A stretch of DNA of 64,000 bases from Bordetella parapertussis (GCA_945861875.1 CAMAWC010000005.1:684-64683), one strand, 5' to 3'. Shown: positions 18,466 through 28,265, counted from the stretch's first letter. Made by a program: numbers and translations. Notes: a model not told the origin generated them from the sequence alone.

Positions 18466-19851
18466 ATGAATCATCCGCGTCAACTCGAAACCGGCCTGCA
18501 CGACGAACTGCGCGCCCTGCTCGGCGACCGCCTGACCACCTCGCGCGGCGTGCGCGAACACCACGGCAAGGACGAGTCCTATTATCCGTACGCACCGCCC
18601 GATGCGGTGGCCTATGCGCAAACCACCGAGGAAGTGCGCGACATCGTCAACATCTGCCGCCGCCACAAGACGCCGATGATCCCGTTTGGCGTGGGTACCT
18701 CGCTCGAGGGCCATATTCTTGCCATCAAGGGCGGCGTGTGCATCGACATGTCGCAGATGAACAAGGTGCTCGCCATCCACGCCGAGGACCTCGACTGCAC
18801 GGTGCAGGCCGGCGTCACGCGCAAGCAGCTGAACAACGAAATCCGCCACACCGGGCTGTTCTTCCCGGTCGATCCGGGCGCCGACGCGACCCTGGGCGGC
18901 ATGGCCTCGACGCGCGCCTCGGGTACCAACGCCGTGCGCTACGGCACCATGCGCGAGAACACGCTCTCGCTCACCGTGGTCACCGCCGACGGGCGCATCA
19001 TCAAGACCGCGACGCGTTCGAGAAAATCGGCCGCCGGTTACGACCTGACGCGCCTGTTCGTCGGCGCGGAAGGCACCCTTGGCATCATCACCGAGGTCAC
19101 CGTGCGCCTGTATGCGGTGCCGCAGGCCATATCCGCGGCGGTATGTTCGTTCAAGGACATGGCCGGTGCCGTGGCCACCGTGATACAGACGCTGCAAACC
19201 GGCATACCGATTGCGCGCAGCGAGGCCTTGTGCGGCCTTACCATGAAGACCATCAATGCCTACAGCAAGACCGCCTACAAGGAACAGCCGACGCTGTTTC
19301 TCGAATTTCACGGCACCGATGCCGGCGTCAAGGAACAGATTGAAATGTTCCAGGAAATCGCCACCGAACACGGTTGCGAGGGCTTTGAATGGGCGACGCG
19401 CCCGGAAGACCGCACCCGCCTGTGGGCCGCGCGCCACGAGGCCTATTTCGCCGGCCTGCAGTTAAAGCACGGCGCGCGCGCCGTTTCCACCGATGTCTGC
19501 GTGCCGATCTCGCGGCTCACCGAGTGCATGATAGAAACCGCCAAGGACATCGCCGCCGCCTCCATGCCCATCCCGATGTTCGGCCATGTCGGCGATGGAA
19601 ATTTTCATTGCATGATCCTGGTCATGCCCGACAGCCCGGACGACCTCGAGGAGGCCAAGGCCTTTAACGACCGCCTGGTCAATCGCGCCCTCGCCATGGA
19701 AGGCACCTGCACCGGCGAGCACGGCATCGGTTCGGGCAAGATCAAGTCGCTGCAAAAGGAACTGGGTGAAGCCGTCGACCTCATGCGCGAACTCAAGCGC
19801 ACCTTCGACCCGGACAACCTGATGAACCCGGGCAAAGTCGTACCGCTCTGA
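18466..19851 (+). CDS. FAD-linked oxidase (GlcD / D-lactate dehydrogenase-like)
   Basis: 461 aa with an FAD-binding PCMH-type N-domain (PFGVGTSLEGH) and a C-terminal GEHGIG motif. Confidence 0.85.
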   Translation: MNHPRQLETGLHDELRALLGDRLTTSRGVREHHGKDESYYPYAPPDAVAYAQTTEEVRDIVNICRRHKTPMIPFGVGTSLEGHILAIKGGVCIDMSQMNKVLAIHAEDLDCTVQAGVTRKQLNNEIRHTGLFFPVDPGADATLGGMASTRASGTNAVRYGTMRENTLSLTVVTADGRIIKTATRSRKSAAGYDLTRLFVGAEGTLGIITEVTVRLYAVPQAISAAVCSFKDMAGAVATVIQTLQTGIPIARSEALCGLTMKTINAYSKTAYKEQPTLFLEFHGTDAGVKEQIEMFQEIATEHGCEGFEWATRPEDRTRLWAARHEAYFAGLQLKHGARAVSTDVCVPISRLTECMIETAKDIAAASMPIPMFGHVGDGNFHCMILVMPDSPDDLEEAKAFNDRLVNRALAMEGTCTGEHGIGSGKIKSLQKELGEAVDLMRELKRTFDPDNLMNPGKVVPL

Positions 19852-19867
19852 AAGAAGGGGAAACACC

Positions 19868-20332
19868 ATGACCATAGAGGCCCGCCTGAAACATCTGGGC
19901 ATCGTCCTGCCCCCGCCCAACAGCGCGGCGCCGGTCGGCAATTATGTCGCCGCGGTGCGCAGCGGCAACCTGCTGTTCCTCTCGGGCAAGGGGCCCAAGC
20001 ACCCGGACGGCAGCACCATCGTCGGCAAGGTGGGCGTCGACTTCAGCGTCGAGGAAGCCTACCAGCACGCGCGCAATGTCGGCCTGGCGCACCTGGCGAC
20101 CCTGCACGCGGAACTGGGCAGCCTCGACAATGTGCGTCGCATCGTCAAGCTATTAGGCATGGTCAATGCCGCACCCGATTTCACCCGCCATCCGGAGGTG
20201 ATCAACGGTTGTTCCGACCTGTTGGTGCAGGTGTTCGGTGACAAGGGCCGGCACGCACGTTCGGCCGTGGGCATGGGTTCGCTGCCAAATGGCATGAGTG
20301 TGGAGATCGAGGCCATCATCGAAGTCGAGTAG
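19868..20332 (+). CDS. RidA/YjgF family protein
   Basis: 154 aa with a typical RidA C-terminus (ARSAVGMGSLPNGMSVEIEAIIEV). Confidence 0.8.
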   Translation: MTIEARLKHLGIVLPPPNSAAPVGNYVAAVRSGNLLFLSGKGPKHPDGSTIVGKVGVDFSVEEAYQHARNVGLAHLATLHAELGSLDNVRRIVKLLGMVNAAPDFTRHPEVINGCSDLLVQVFGDKGRHARSAVGMGSLPNGMSVEIEAIIEVE

Positions 20333-20349
20333 TAGCCGGCCAATCCATG

Positions 20350-20376
20350 AAAAAAGGGGCGTAAGCCCCCTTTTTT
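20350..20376. terminator. Bidirectional intrinsic terminator (RidA gene / orn)
   Basis: AAAAAA-GGGGC-gtaa-GCCCC-c-TTTTTT. Confidence 0.75.
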
Positions 20377-20394
20377 ATTCTTACACTGCGCGAT

Positions 20395-20940
20395 TCAGAC
20401 CTTGAGGAAGTGTTCCCGGTAGTACTTCAGCTCCTCGATGGATTCGTAGATGTCGGCGAGGGCCTCGTGCTTGCCATGCTTGGTCAGTCCCTTGGAGAGT
20501 TCCGGCCGCCAGCGCTTGGCCAGCTCCTTCAGCGTCGAAACGTCGAGGTTGCGGTAATGGAAATAGCCCTCGAGCGCCGGCATCCAGCGCGCGAGGAAAC
20601 GGCGGTCCTGGCAAATGGAATTGCCGCACATCGGCGACACCTGTTTGGGGACATATTCGTTGAGGAAAGCGACCATCTGCAGTTCGGCCTCCGCTTCGGC
20701 CAGCCGTGACGCCTTGACCTTTTCTATCAGGCCGGACTTGCCATGGGTGCCCTTGTTCCAGGCGTCCATGCCGTCAAGAACGCTGTCGGCCTGGTGCACC
20801 ACCAGCACCGGCGCCTCAGCCACGGTGTTCAAGGCCGAGTCGGTGACGACGATCGCAATTTCAATAATCCTGTCGCTCTCCGGCTGCAGGCCGGTCATTT
20901 CCATATCGATCCACAACAGGTTGTTCTGGTCTTGGGCCAT
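20395..20940 (-). CDS. orn: Oligoribonuclease
   Basis: Track ORF trimmed to [18 protein letters not shown]... (181 aa), a DEDDh exonuclease. Confidence 0.93.
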   Translation of the reverse strand: MAQDQNNLLWIDMEMTGLQPESDRIIEIAIVVTDSALNTVAEAPVLVVHQADSVLDGMDAWNKGTHGKSGLIEKVKASRLAEAEAELQMVAFLNEYVPKQVSPMCGNSICQDRRFLARWMPALEGYFHYRNLDVSTLKELAKRWRPELSKGLTKHGKHEALADIYESIEELKYYREHFLKV

Positions 20941-21084
20941 GGTCAGTGCTGCTTTCCAAATACGCGGGTTTATGCGAGGGGCTGATGCCGGGCCGGAACA
21001 CCCCAAAACAGGATGCCAGCGTGTAAGATGCGATTGTCGCATAACCCTGTCGCATGGCCCTAACGGGCGTTAATGCGGGCCTGA

Positions 21085-22338
21085 ATGCACGTTTTCACCC
21101 TGGTCTTTCTCGCCGCGCTGGCGATCTCCACGGCGGCACGCCTCTGGCTCTCGCTGCGCCACCTGCGGCATGTAGCGCGCAAGCGCGATCATGTGCCGGC
21201 CGAATTCTCCGGCCGCATCGCGCTCGACTCCCACCAGAAGGCCGCCGACTACACCGGCGCAAAAACACGCCTGGGCATGGTCGAAACGGCGGTCGGCGTG
21301 CTGGTCCTGCTGGCCCTCACGCTGGGCGGCGGGTTGCAATGGCTGTCTGACGCATGGTCGACGGTGTTCACGGCCGGCGGCTATGCGCATGGCATCGCCC
21401 TTGTCGTGAGCGCCATTGTCGTTGGCAGCGTCATCGACCTGCCCTTCACCGTCTACCGCACCTTTGTGGTGGAGGCGAAATTCGGCTTCAATCGCATGAC
21501 TGTCGGGCTGTTCGTCGCCGACCTGGCAAAACAGACGGCGCTTGGCGCGGCGATCGGCATTCCGCTGCTCGGCTCGGTACTCTGGCTGATGGACAGGATG
21601 GGCGAGTGGTGGTGGCTTTACGTCTGGCTGTTCTGGATGGGCTTCAACCTGTTGGTACTGACCATCTATCCCACGCTAATCGCCCCCATTTTCAACAAGT
21701 TTTCGCCGCTGGAGGACGCCGCGCTCAAATCACGCATAGAAGCCTTGCTCGATAAATGCGGCTTCAAGTCAAAAGGGCTGTACGTGATGGACAGCTCCAG
21801 GCGCTCAAGCCATGGCAACGCCTATTTCACCGGGTTTGGCGCAGCCAAGCGCATCGTCCTGTTTGACACCCTGATCACCCGGCTGGCCCCGGCCGAAATC
21901 GAGGCGGTCCTGGCGCACGAACTGGGCCATTTCACCCATCACCACGTCGCCAAGCGCATGCTCATGCTGTTCATGGCAAGCTTGGGCTTTCTCTGGTTGC
22001 TCGGTTTTCTGATCAGCAAGGAATGGTTCTACACTGGCCTTGGCGTGCACAGCCAGGGTACGGCCATGGCGCTGATGCTGTTTTTCATGGCGCTACCGGC
22101 ATTCACCTTCCTGCTGCAGCCGCTCACCAGCCTTTACTCGCGCATGCACGAATACCAGGCCGACGCCTACGCCGCAAAACAGGCCGATTCGAATGACCTG
22201 GTGCAGGCACTGGTGAAGCTCTACCAGGACAACGCGGCGACGCTTACGCCCGATCCAATCCATTCCGCGGTCTACGACTCCCACCCCCCCGCGGCGCTGC
22301 GCATCGCGCGCCTGCAGGCGATGCGGCAGGCAACATGA
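21085..22338 (+). CDS. M48 family (Ste24/HtpX-like) membrane metallopeptidase
   Basis: 417 aa with multiple TM segments and the HELGH motif. Confidence 0.85.
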   Translation: MHVFTLVFLAALAISTAARLWLSLRHLRHVARKRDHVPAEFSGRIALDSHQKAADYTGAKTRLGMVETAVGVLVLLALTLGGGLQWLSDAWSTVFTAGGYAHGIALVVSAIVVGSVIDLPFTVYRTFVVEAKFGFNRMTVGLFVADLAKQTALGAAIGIPLLGSVLWLMDRMGEWWWLYVWLFWMGFNLLVLTIYPTLIAPIFNKFSPLEDAALKSRIEALLDKCGFKSKGLYVMDSSRRSSHGNAYFTGFGAAKRIVLFDTLITRLAPAEIEAVLAHELGHFTHHHVAKRMLMLFMASLGFLWLLGFLISKEWFYTGLGVHSQGTAMALMLFFMALPAFTFLLQPLTSLYSRMHEYQADAYAAKQADSNDLVQALVKLYQDNAATLTPDPIHSAVYDSHPPAALRIARLQAMRQAT

Positions 22339-22664
22339 ACACCCTGCTGGCGAAAAAATGCCGCCCCCTCGCCGCCGGCACGCCGCCGCTAACAGACGGG
22401 GAAATTAAAACACTTTTGCGCCAGGCGCCAGGCTGGGCGCACACCGGGGGCGCCATCACCAAGACCTTCAGTTTCGGAAATTACTACCAGACCATGGCCT
22501 TTGCCAACGGTGTCGCACTGGTCGCGCATGGCGAGGACCATCACCCGGAAATGACCCTCAGCTACGACCAATGCCGTATTGCGTTCAACACCCACTCCAT
22601 CGGCGGCATATCCATGAACGATTTCATCTGCGCGGCGAAACTCGAAGCACTGGCCGCCATTTGA
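22335..22664 (+). CDS. phhB: 4a-hydroxytetrahydrobiopterin (pterin-4-alpha-carbinolamine) dehydratase
   Basis: 109 aa with the HHPE motif. ATGA overlap with the upstream gene. Confidence 0.85.
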   Translation: MNTLLAKKCRPLAAGTPPLTDGEIKTLLRQAPGWAHTGGAITKTFSFGNYYQTMAFANGVALVAHGEDHHPEMTLSYDQCRIAFNTHSIGGISMNDFICAAKLEALAAI

Positions 22665-22687
22665 GTGCCGCCCCGGGGACCACCACC

Positions 22688-23548
22688 ATGCGCGGCCTCA
22701 TCGTCGCAGCATTCGGCCGGCAGTACCTGGTGAAGTCGGATGCGGGCAACATGCTGCTGTGCGTGCCGCGCGGCAAAAAAAGCGATGTCGCCTGCGGCGA
22801 CCGTATCGTGCTTGCGCAGACCTCGCCCAACCAGGGCGTGATAGAAAGCACCGAGCCGCGCAGCACGCTGTACCGGCGCTCGGCGGCTTACCGCCAGAAA
22901 CTCATTGCCGCCAACGCCACCCAGGTGGCCATCGTCGTCGCCGCCGAACCCAGTTTCAGCGAAGAGTTGATCTGCCGACTCATCGTCGGCGCGGAAGAAC
23001 AGGGCATGAAATCCCTGCTCGTCCTGAACAAGGCCGACCTGGCCTCGACCGCGCTGGCGCGCGAACGTCTCGCCCCCTATGCCGCCGCCGGCCACCGCAT
23101 GGTGGAAATCTCGGCGCTAAAGGACTGCTCCGCCCTCCTGCCCTGCCTGCACGGAGAAACCACCGTGCTTGTGGGGCAATCCGGCATGGGCAAATCGACG
23201 CTGATCAACGGCCTCATTCCAGACGCCGATGCCAGCACGCGGGAAATTTCCGCCTTTCTCGACTCCGGCCGACATACGACCACGCATGCGCGCATCTACC
23301 AACTCGATGCCGCGAGCCTGCTTATCGACTGCCCGGGCCTGCAGGAATTCGGCCTGCACCACATGAGCCAGGCGCAAATCGAATACGGCTTCATCGAATT
23401 GCGGCCTTTCCTCGGCAAATGCCGCTTTAACGACTGCCGTCACGGCGTGGAGCCGGGCTGCGCGCTGATCGGCGCCTGTGACGCGGGCAAGCTGACGGCG
23501 CGCCGGCTGGAGTTGTTGCGGCGCATTCTCGCGGCAGAACGGGCGTGA
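22688..23548 (+). CDS. rsgA: Ribosome small-subunit-dependent GTPase A
   Basis: Track ORF trimmed to MRGLIVAAFGRQYLV.... Motifs LNKADL, GQSGMGKSTL, and the C-terminal zinc cluster CRFNDCRH. Confidence 0.9.
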   Translation: MRGLIVAAFGRQYLVKSDAGNMLLCVPRGKKSDVACGDRIVLAQTSPNQGVIESTEPRSTLYRRSAAYRQKLIAANATQVAIVVAAEPSFSEELICRLIVGAEEQGMKSLLVLNKADLASTALARERLAPYAAAGHRMVEISALKDCSALLPCLHGETTVLVGQSGMGKSTLINGLIPDADASTREISAFLDSGRHTTTHARIYQLDAASLLIDCPGLQEFGLHHMSQAQIEYGFIELRPFLGKCRFNDCRHGVEPGCALIGACDAGKLTARRLELLRRILAAERA

Positions 23549-23856
23549 CAGCGCTGTTCAACTCATTCAACCTGCACGAGGTCTATCACCTCAAGAACCT
23601 GCTGGCCGCCGAGGGCATCGCAACGGTCATAAAGAATGAACTTCTTTCGCGCCTCGCCGGCGAGATTCCCTTCACCGAGTGCTCGCCGCAGTTATGCCTG
23701 CTGCGTGAAACGGACCGCCTGCCGGCGGAAAAAATCCTCGCCACGTTCCGCCGCGGGCCACCGCAGGGGCCGGCTTGGACCTGCGTGCACTGCGCGGAGA
23801 CTTGTGAGGGACAGTTCAGCAACTGTTGGAAATGCGGGATGGAACGCGCCGGCTGA
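23545..23856 (+). CDS. DUF2007-like small protein with a C-terminal Cys4 ribbon
   Basis: 103 aa. GTGA overlap with rsgA. N-terminus ...HEVYHLKNLLAAEGIATVIKNE... and C-terminus CVHCAETCEGQFSNCWKCG. Confidence 0.6.
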   Translation: MTALFNSFNLHEVYHLKNLLAAEGIATVIKNELLSRLAGEIPFTECSPQLCLLRETDRLPAEKILATFRRGPPQGPAWTCVHCAETCEGQFSNCWKCGMERAG

Positions 23857-24036
23857 TCAAGCTTACGGCTAGTTACCCTCCCTTGCAGGGCGCGCGCCCC
23901 GAAGAATCGGAGCGCCGCTCGGCGTGCGGACGGCATGCCGTCCGAAACCCACGCCTCGCCCCCCGGCCCCTCTCCCACTGTGTGGGGAGAGCGAAGCGAG
24001 GGGGGCGAAGCCGGAGATTGGTGCGCCTACGGCGTC

Positions 24037-24957
24037 CTAAAGAATGGCGGCAACACCGAGCACGAGCAGCAGCACCAGCCACAACACCAGCGCACGCCAT
24101 ACCAGACCAATCGCGCTGTCTAGAAAACTAGTGTCCGCGTCATCGCCGGCGCCCATATCCGGACGCTCGACAACCTCGCCGTCCTGGACATAAGGCATAC
24201 CGAGTTTTACGCCCATGGCCCCGGCCCCGGCGGCAATGACGATTCCCATCACCGGGTCCCGCCACTTGGCCGCCTGGCCGCGCCAACAATAGATGGCGTC
24301 CTCAAAATCCCCGACGACGGCGAATGCGCTTGCAGTAAACCTTGCCGGCAGCCATTCCATGACGGTGAACGCCTTCTGCGCAAACCTGCCGAAACGGCCC
24401 AATTCACCATCGGCCGAATTGCCCCAGCGCCGCTGGAAAAACACCGTGAGCCGGTAGAGGATCGCCCCGCTCGGTCCCGGCAGAAGGACAAACCAGAAAA
24501 CCACGGCAAAGACGTTGCGATGCGATGCCGCGAGCGCCTCTTCAATGGTGAGACGCACCACTTCCTCTTCGTTCAGGTTGGCGCAGCTGTGGCCGCGCCA
24601 CAAGGCGAGCCGCGCCCGCGCCGAATCGAGGTCACCCTGTTTCAGCGCTAAATGGATGGCGGTAAAATGATGGCTGAACTGGCGAAAACCCATGGTAAGG
24701 TAAAGTGCCAGTACGTTAAAGGCCAGCGCCAGCAGCACATTCATGCGCCACAGCAGCGCGTACACCAGCCAGGTACCAAGCACGATGGGCGCGACACCGA
24801 GAATCCAGGCAATCAAGCCGTGCTGTGACTCCCCGGCATTGAAATGACGCTCAAGCCAGGTGGCCAGCCGGCCAAGGGGTGAGAGCAGGTAACGGCGGTC
24901 GGCGAGCGGACGCCATTGCTCCAGCAGGAGAGCGATGATTAGTGAAATGAGACTCAT
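24037..24957 (-). CDS. CobD/CbiB-family membrane protein (AmpE-like)
   Basis: Track ORF trimmed to MSLISLIIALLLEQWRPL.... Polytopic. The family call is from memory of the N-terminal pattern. Confidence 0.55.
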   Translation of the reverse strand: MSLISLIIALLLEQWRPLADRRYLLSPLGRLATWLERHFNAGESQHGLIAWILGVAPIVLGTWLVYALLWRMNVLLALAFNVLALYLTMGFRQFSHHFTAIHLALKQGDLDSARARLALWRGHSCANLNEEEVVRLTIEEALAASHRNVFAVVFWFVLLPGPSGAILYRLTVFFQRRWGNSADGELGRFGRFAQKAFTVMEWLPARFTASAFAVVGDFEDAIYCWRGQAAKWRDPVMGIVIAAGAGAMGVKLGMPYVQDGEVVERPDMGAGDDADTSFLDSAIGLVWRALVLWLVLLLVLGVAAIL

Positions 24958-25013
24958 GGTACGTAGCCAAGATACCACAGCCGCACTTTTCCCGAAGATC
25001 CGGCGGAGGATGA

Positions 25014-25799
25014 ATGCCAGACAGCACCGATGAAATGACCATCACGCCGCCCTTCGGCTACGGGGAAATTGCCACCCTGCAAAAGACCGACCGCGTGCTG
25101 CTGCCCTCCCGCAACAGCACACCGGAGTTCTGCCGCACCATCAACGCACTGGCCGTGTCCGCGGGCGAATTCAACGCCGCGTCGCGTGACTACCCGATCG
25201 TGTTCAGTTCGCCGGACAACGGCGGGAGCTTCGCGCCGGTCATCGTGCTGGGTATAAACGAAGGGCAGAACCTTTTTGTCGACGCCGGCGGCGAATGGGA
25301 CAAGGGCTGCTACCTTCCGGCCTTTGTCAGGCGCTACCCGTTTTGCATTTCCAAGCTGTATGTCGACGGCCAGCCGCGCAGCGAACGCCTCGTGTGCGTC
25401 GTCAAGGCCTACATCGACGCACAGGGCTTTGCGCTGTTTGATGAAAGCGGCCAGACGACGGCGCAATGGCAGGCCATCGAACGCCTGCTGCAGGGGTACG
25501 AAGATGACCTCGATGCGACCGCGCAGATGTGCGCGATCCTCGCCAAACTCGAGCTGTTCTCGCCGTTCAAGTTCGAGGTGCTGCACGAGCAAAAGACCAT
25601 GCTCACGGTGCAAGGCATGTATCGCATCGATGAAGCCAAATTCATGGACCTCAAGCCCGCCAGCCTGAAAGCCCTGGTGACCAAGGGCCTGATGGGGCGC
25701 ATTTACGCGCACATGATTTCCCTGGAACGCTTTGGCAACCTGTACAGCCGCGCCGAGGATCGCGCCAGGCGGCACACCACCACTACGGTAAAGACCTGA
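25014..25799 (+). CDS. SapC family protein
   Basis: 261 aa with SapC-like motifs DYPIVF and YLPAFVRRYPF. Confidence 0.75.
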   Translation: MPDSTDEMTITPPFGYGEIATLQKTDRVLLPSRNSTPEFCRTINALAVSAGEFNAASRDYPIVFSSPDNGGSFAPVIVLGINEGQNLFVDAGGEWDKGCYLPAFVRRYPFCISKLYVDGQPRSERLVCVVKAYIDAQGFALFDESGQTTAQWQAIERLLQGYEDDLDATAQMCAILAKLELFSPFKFEVLHEQKTMLTVQGMYRIDEAKFMDLKPASLKALVTKGLMGRIYAHMISLERFGNLYSRAEDRARRHTTTTVKT

Positions 25800-25824
25800 C
25801 GGTAAATACCTGCGTGTTGCGGAT

Positions 25825-26445
25825 CTACCCTGCGCTAAGGTGCTGGTACAGGTTCATCAGCATGCCGGCTGTGGCGCCCCAAATGTAATGCCGGCCGAAA
25901 GGAAGGGCGTAGTAGTGCCGCTCGCCGCCCTCCCAGATGACGCTGTTGCGCTGGTGGTTGCCCGGATCGAGAAAAAAAGCCAGCGGCACCTCGAACACTT
26001 CGGCGACCTCGAAGGCGTCAAGCCGCGGTTCAAACGGCGTCCCGACCAGGCCCACCACCGGCGTGACACGGTAGCCGGTGACAGTAACGTACTCATGCAG
26101 GCTGCCAAGCACCTCAACGCTTTCGGGCGGCAAGCCGATCTCCTCCTCAGCTTCGCGCAAGGCCGTCATTTCCAGGCTGGGGTCACCGGGCTCGGCGCGT
26201 CCGCCCGGGAAACTGATCTGCCCGGCATGGTCATGCAGATGGGCGGTGCGGCGCGTGAACAACACCGTGAGGCCTTGCTCGCGCCGGATCACCGGCACCA
26301 GCACCGCAGCCGGCCGGATTTCCTCGGGCTTGCGCCACAGGTGGCCGTCCCCGGCGGTAAGGGGCGCAGCGATGCTGCGCAGGGAAAACCGCTGCCGCAG
26401 CTGGGCTTCGGACAGATCGGGGGACATCGTCTGCGGGGTGCTCAC
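25825..26445 (-). CDS. NUDIX hydrolase, CoA pyrophosphatase type
   Basis: 206 aa with Nudix box GQISFPGGRAEPGDPSLEMTALREAEEEIGL. Confidence 0.85.
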   Translation of the reverse strand: MSTPQTMSPDLSEAQLRQRFSLRSIAAPLTAGDGHLWRKPEEIRPAAVLVPVIRREQGLTVLFTRRTAHLHDHAGQISFPGGRAEPGDPSLEMTALREAEEEIGLPPESVEVLGSLHEYVTVTGYRVTPVVGLVGTPFEPRLDAFEVAEVFEVPLAFFLDPGNHQRNSVIWEGGERHYYALPFGRHYIWGATAGMLMNLYQHLSAG

Positions 26446-26486
26446 GCTTTCATTCTATCGCGATCACCCCGCACAGCGGTACCCCG

Positions 26487-26993
26487 CTAATCCACCGTGA
26501 GCAACAAGGCCGTCAGGCCGATACCCACGCCGGTCGGCACGCCGATGCGTTCGAGCACCCCCGGACGGCTGCCGGCGACGACGGCAACCGGAACATTCAC
26601 CAGGCGCACCAGTTCGTTGGTAAAGGAGCCGGCCAGAAGGCGCATCAGGCTGGTCCGGCGTGCGGTGCCGACGACGATCTGGTTGATGCCATTGTCAGCG
26701 GCGTATTGCGCGGCAGCCGACGAGGGCTCGCCGGCCATCACCGTAGAACGATAGTTGACACCCGCAGCGCGCAGCAGGCCCTCGGCTTCGCCAAGACGCC
26801 GGCATCCGGTTTCCCGATGCGCATCGGCGAGCGAGCGGCGCGACAGGAATCTGCCGGCATGCCGGTTCATTCGCGGCTGGACGTTGAGCAGGTGCACCTG
26901 CGTGTCGCCGCGCAGCGCAGCCAGGCCGAGGGTGTGCCGCACGGCGAGCAGTGCATTTTCGGAGCCATCTACGGGAACAAGAATATTGAACAT
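26487..26993 (-). CDS. Universal stress protein (UspA family)
   Basis: 168 aa: MFNILVPVDGSENALLAV... and ...IVVGTARRTS.... Confidence 0.8.
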   Translation of the reverse strand: MFNILVPVDGSENALLAVRHTLGLAALRGDTQVHLLNVQPRMNRHAGRFLSRRSLADAHRETGCRRLGEAEGLLRAAGVNYRSTVMAGEPSSAAAQYAADNGINQIVVGTARRTSLMRLLAGSFTNELVRLVNVPVAVVAGSRPGVLERIGVPTGVGIGLTALLLTVD

Positions 26994-27005
26994 GTCTTCT
27001 CTCCT

Positions 27006-27692
27006 TCAGTTTGACTGGGGGGCAAGGGTGGAACGGCGGTTGCGCAGGTAACCAAGACCGAGCACACCGCCGATAACGGCCGCATACAGGATCCAGTGCA
27101 GGGTGGCGTGAAGCTCGAAGTATTCCTTGATCAGCGGCTCGCTCGACACCATCTTGGCGGCGGTCCAGGCGAGCACAGCGGCGCCGATGTAAATGATCGA
27201 CGGGAAGCGCTCCACCCAGTGCAGTATCAATTGGCTGCCCCAGATGACGATCGGAATGCTGATCAGCAGGCCCAGAACCACCAGCAGGAAGTTGCCGTGG
27301 GCGGCACCGGCCACCGCAAGGACATTGTCCAGGCCCATCACCGCGTCGGCAATGACGATGGTCTTCATCGCGCTCCAGAAACTATGCGCCGGCGTGACGT
27401 GGGCATCTTCATTGTCGTTGGGGCACAACAGTTTGTAGGCGATCCAGACCAGCAGCAACCCGCCGACCAGCAGCAGGCCGGGAATCTTGAGCAGCCAGAC
27501 GACCACGACGGTCATGGTGGTGCGCACCACAATGGCGCCAACGGTTCCCCACATGATGGCTTTGCGCTGCAAGTGCCTGGGTACGCCGCGCGCGGCCAGC
27601 GCAATGACTATGGCATTGTCGCCTGCGAGCACCAGGTCGATAATGACAATGGCCAGCAGCGCGGAAAAAAACTCGGGTGAAAACAGTTCCAT
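27006..27692 (-). CDS. TerC/YjbE family integral membrane protein
   Basis: ATG at 27692 (the track start 27695 is a GTG one codon upstream). MELFSPEFFSALLAIVIIDLVLAGDNAIVIAL... is a hallmark TerC motif. Confidence 0.88.
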   Translation of the reverse strand: MELFSPEFFSALLAIVIIDLVLAGDNAIVIALAARGVPRHLQRKAIMWGTVGAIVVRTTMTVVVVWLLKIPGLLLVGGLLLVWIAYKLLCPNDNEDAHVTPAHSFWSAMKTIVIADAVMGLDNVLAVAGAAHGNFLLVVLGLLISIPIVIWGSQLILHWVERFPSIIYIGAAVLAWTAAKMVSSEPLIKEYFELHATLHWILYAAVIGGVLGLGYLRNRRSTLAPQSN

Positions 27693-27743
27693 CACACACT
27701 CCCCTCGCCCGGTTCATGTTTCCATCAGGCAGGGTGGGCGTAT

Positions 27744-27884
27744 CCTTTGCCGGACGGCAAAGGTCTCGCCAGTACCCGGTTCCGTGTCCGGGTATCCACA
27801 CAACCGGGGCCCGTTAGGAACCCGTGATGACGGCGGTGTGGCACACAGCATTGCGGCTGCGCGTGGCTACTCCCCTTTGTAGGG
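27744..27884 (-). promoter_or_regulatory. yybP-ykoY (Mn2+) riboswitch-like leader of the TerC-family gene
   Basis: The minus-strand RNA reads ..cuaCAAAGGGGAGUAGCCacg...GGUUGUGUGGAUACCCGGacacggaaCCGGGUACUGGCGAGACCUUUGCCguccGGCAAAGG.. . The invariant 5' and 3' ends of the motif are present, and the classical downstream gene family follows. Confidence 0.75.
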
Positions 27885-27942
27885 TGCGTCCTATCTGAAC
27901 GCAGACGGATTATCGGCAGCGGGCGCCGCCGACACCAGTGAG

Positions 27943-28207
27943 CAAATGCAATGTCTGTTATTGCGATATGCGATGCCTGTTATTGCTCATTGCAATATCT
28001 GCACTTGCAATATGCGATGCCTGTCATTGCACCACTCAATGTCTTCCATTCGAAACATCCGATGCTTGCTATTGCCCGGTTCAATATCCGTCATTGCAAT
28101 GTGCAATGCCTGTTATTGCCTATGTCAATATCTGCTATTGCAACATGCAATGTTCGTCATTGCCCACCGCAATACCTGCCATTACATGTTGCAATAACAG
28201 CGAACTT
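27943..28207. repeat. 12 tandem 22-bp units (one is 23 bp), consensus nnnnTGCAATryCTGyyATTGC; alternating GCAAT/ATTGC half-sites
   Basis: Hand alignment gives unit starts at 27943, 27965, 27987, 28009, 28031, 28053, 28076, 28098, 28120, 28142, 28164 and 28186. The region is AT-richer than its surroundings. A 22-bp period is not a multiple of 3. Confidence 0.9.
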
Positions 28208-28235
28208 GCCGCCGGACCGCCTCGCGTGCTACAGT
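28206..28235 (+). promoter_or_regulatory. Candidate sigma70 promoter (TTGCCG-N18-TACAGT) for the plus-strand riboswitch-like leader
   Basis: The hexamers sit at the right edge of the 22-bp array, about 30 nt upstream of the aptamer-like sequence. The call is by motif only. Confidence 0.35.
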
Positions 28236-28265
28236 CCGCTGCCTTCCTTAGCGGGAAGGCTCCTC

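Noticed and set aside
23826-24131. Small ORFs in the DUF2007/CobD convergent spacer (23826..24131, 23873..24100, 23935..24123)
   Set aside because: They overlap each other and the 3' end of the CobD-family gene. The sequence is hairpin/repeat-like (…PSPTVWGERSEGGEAG…).
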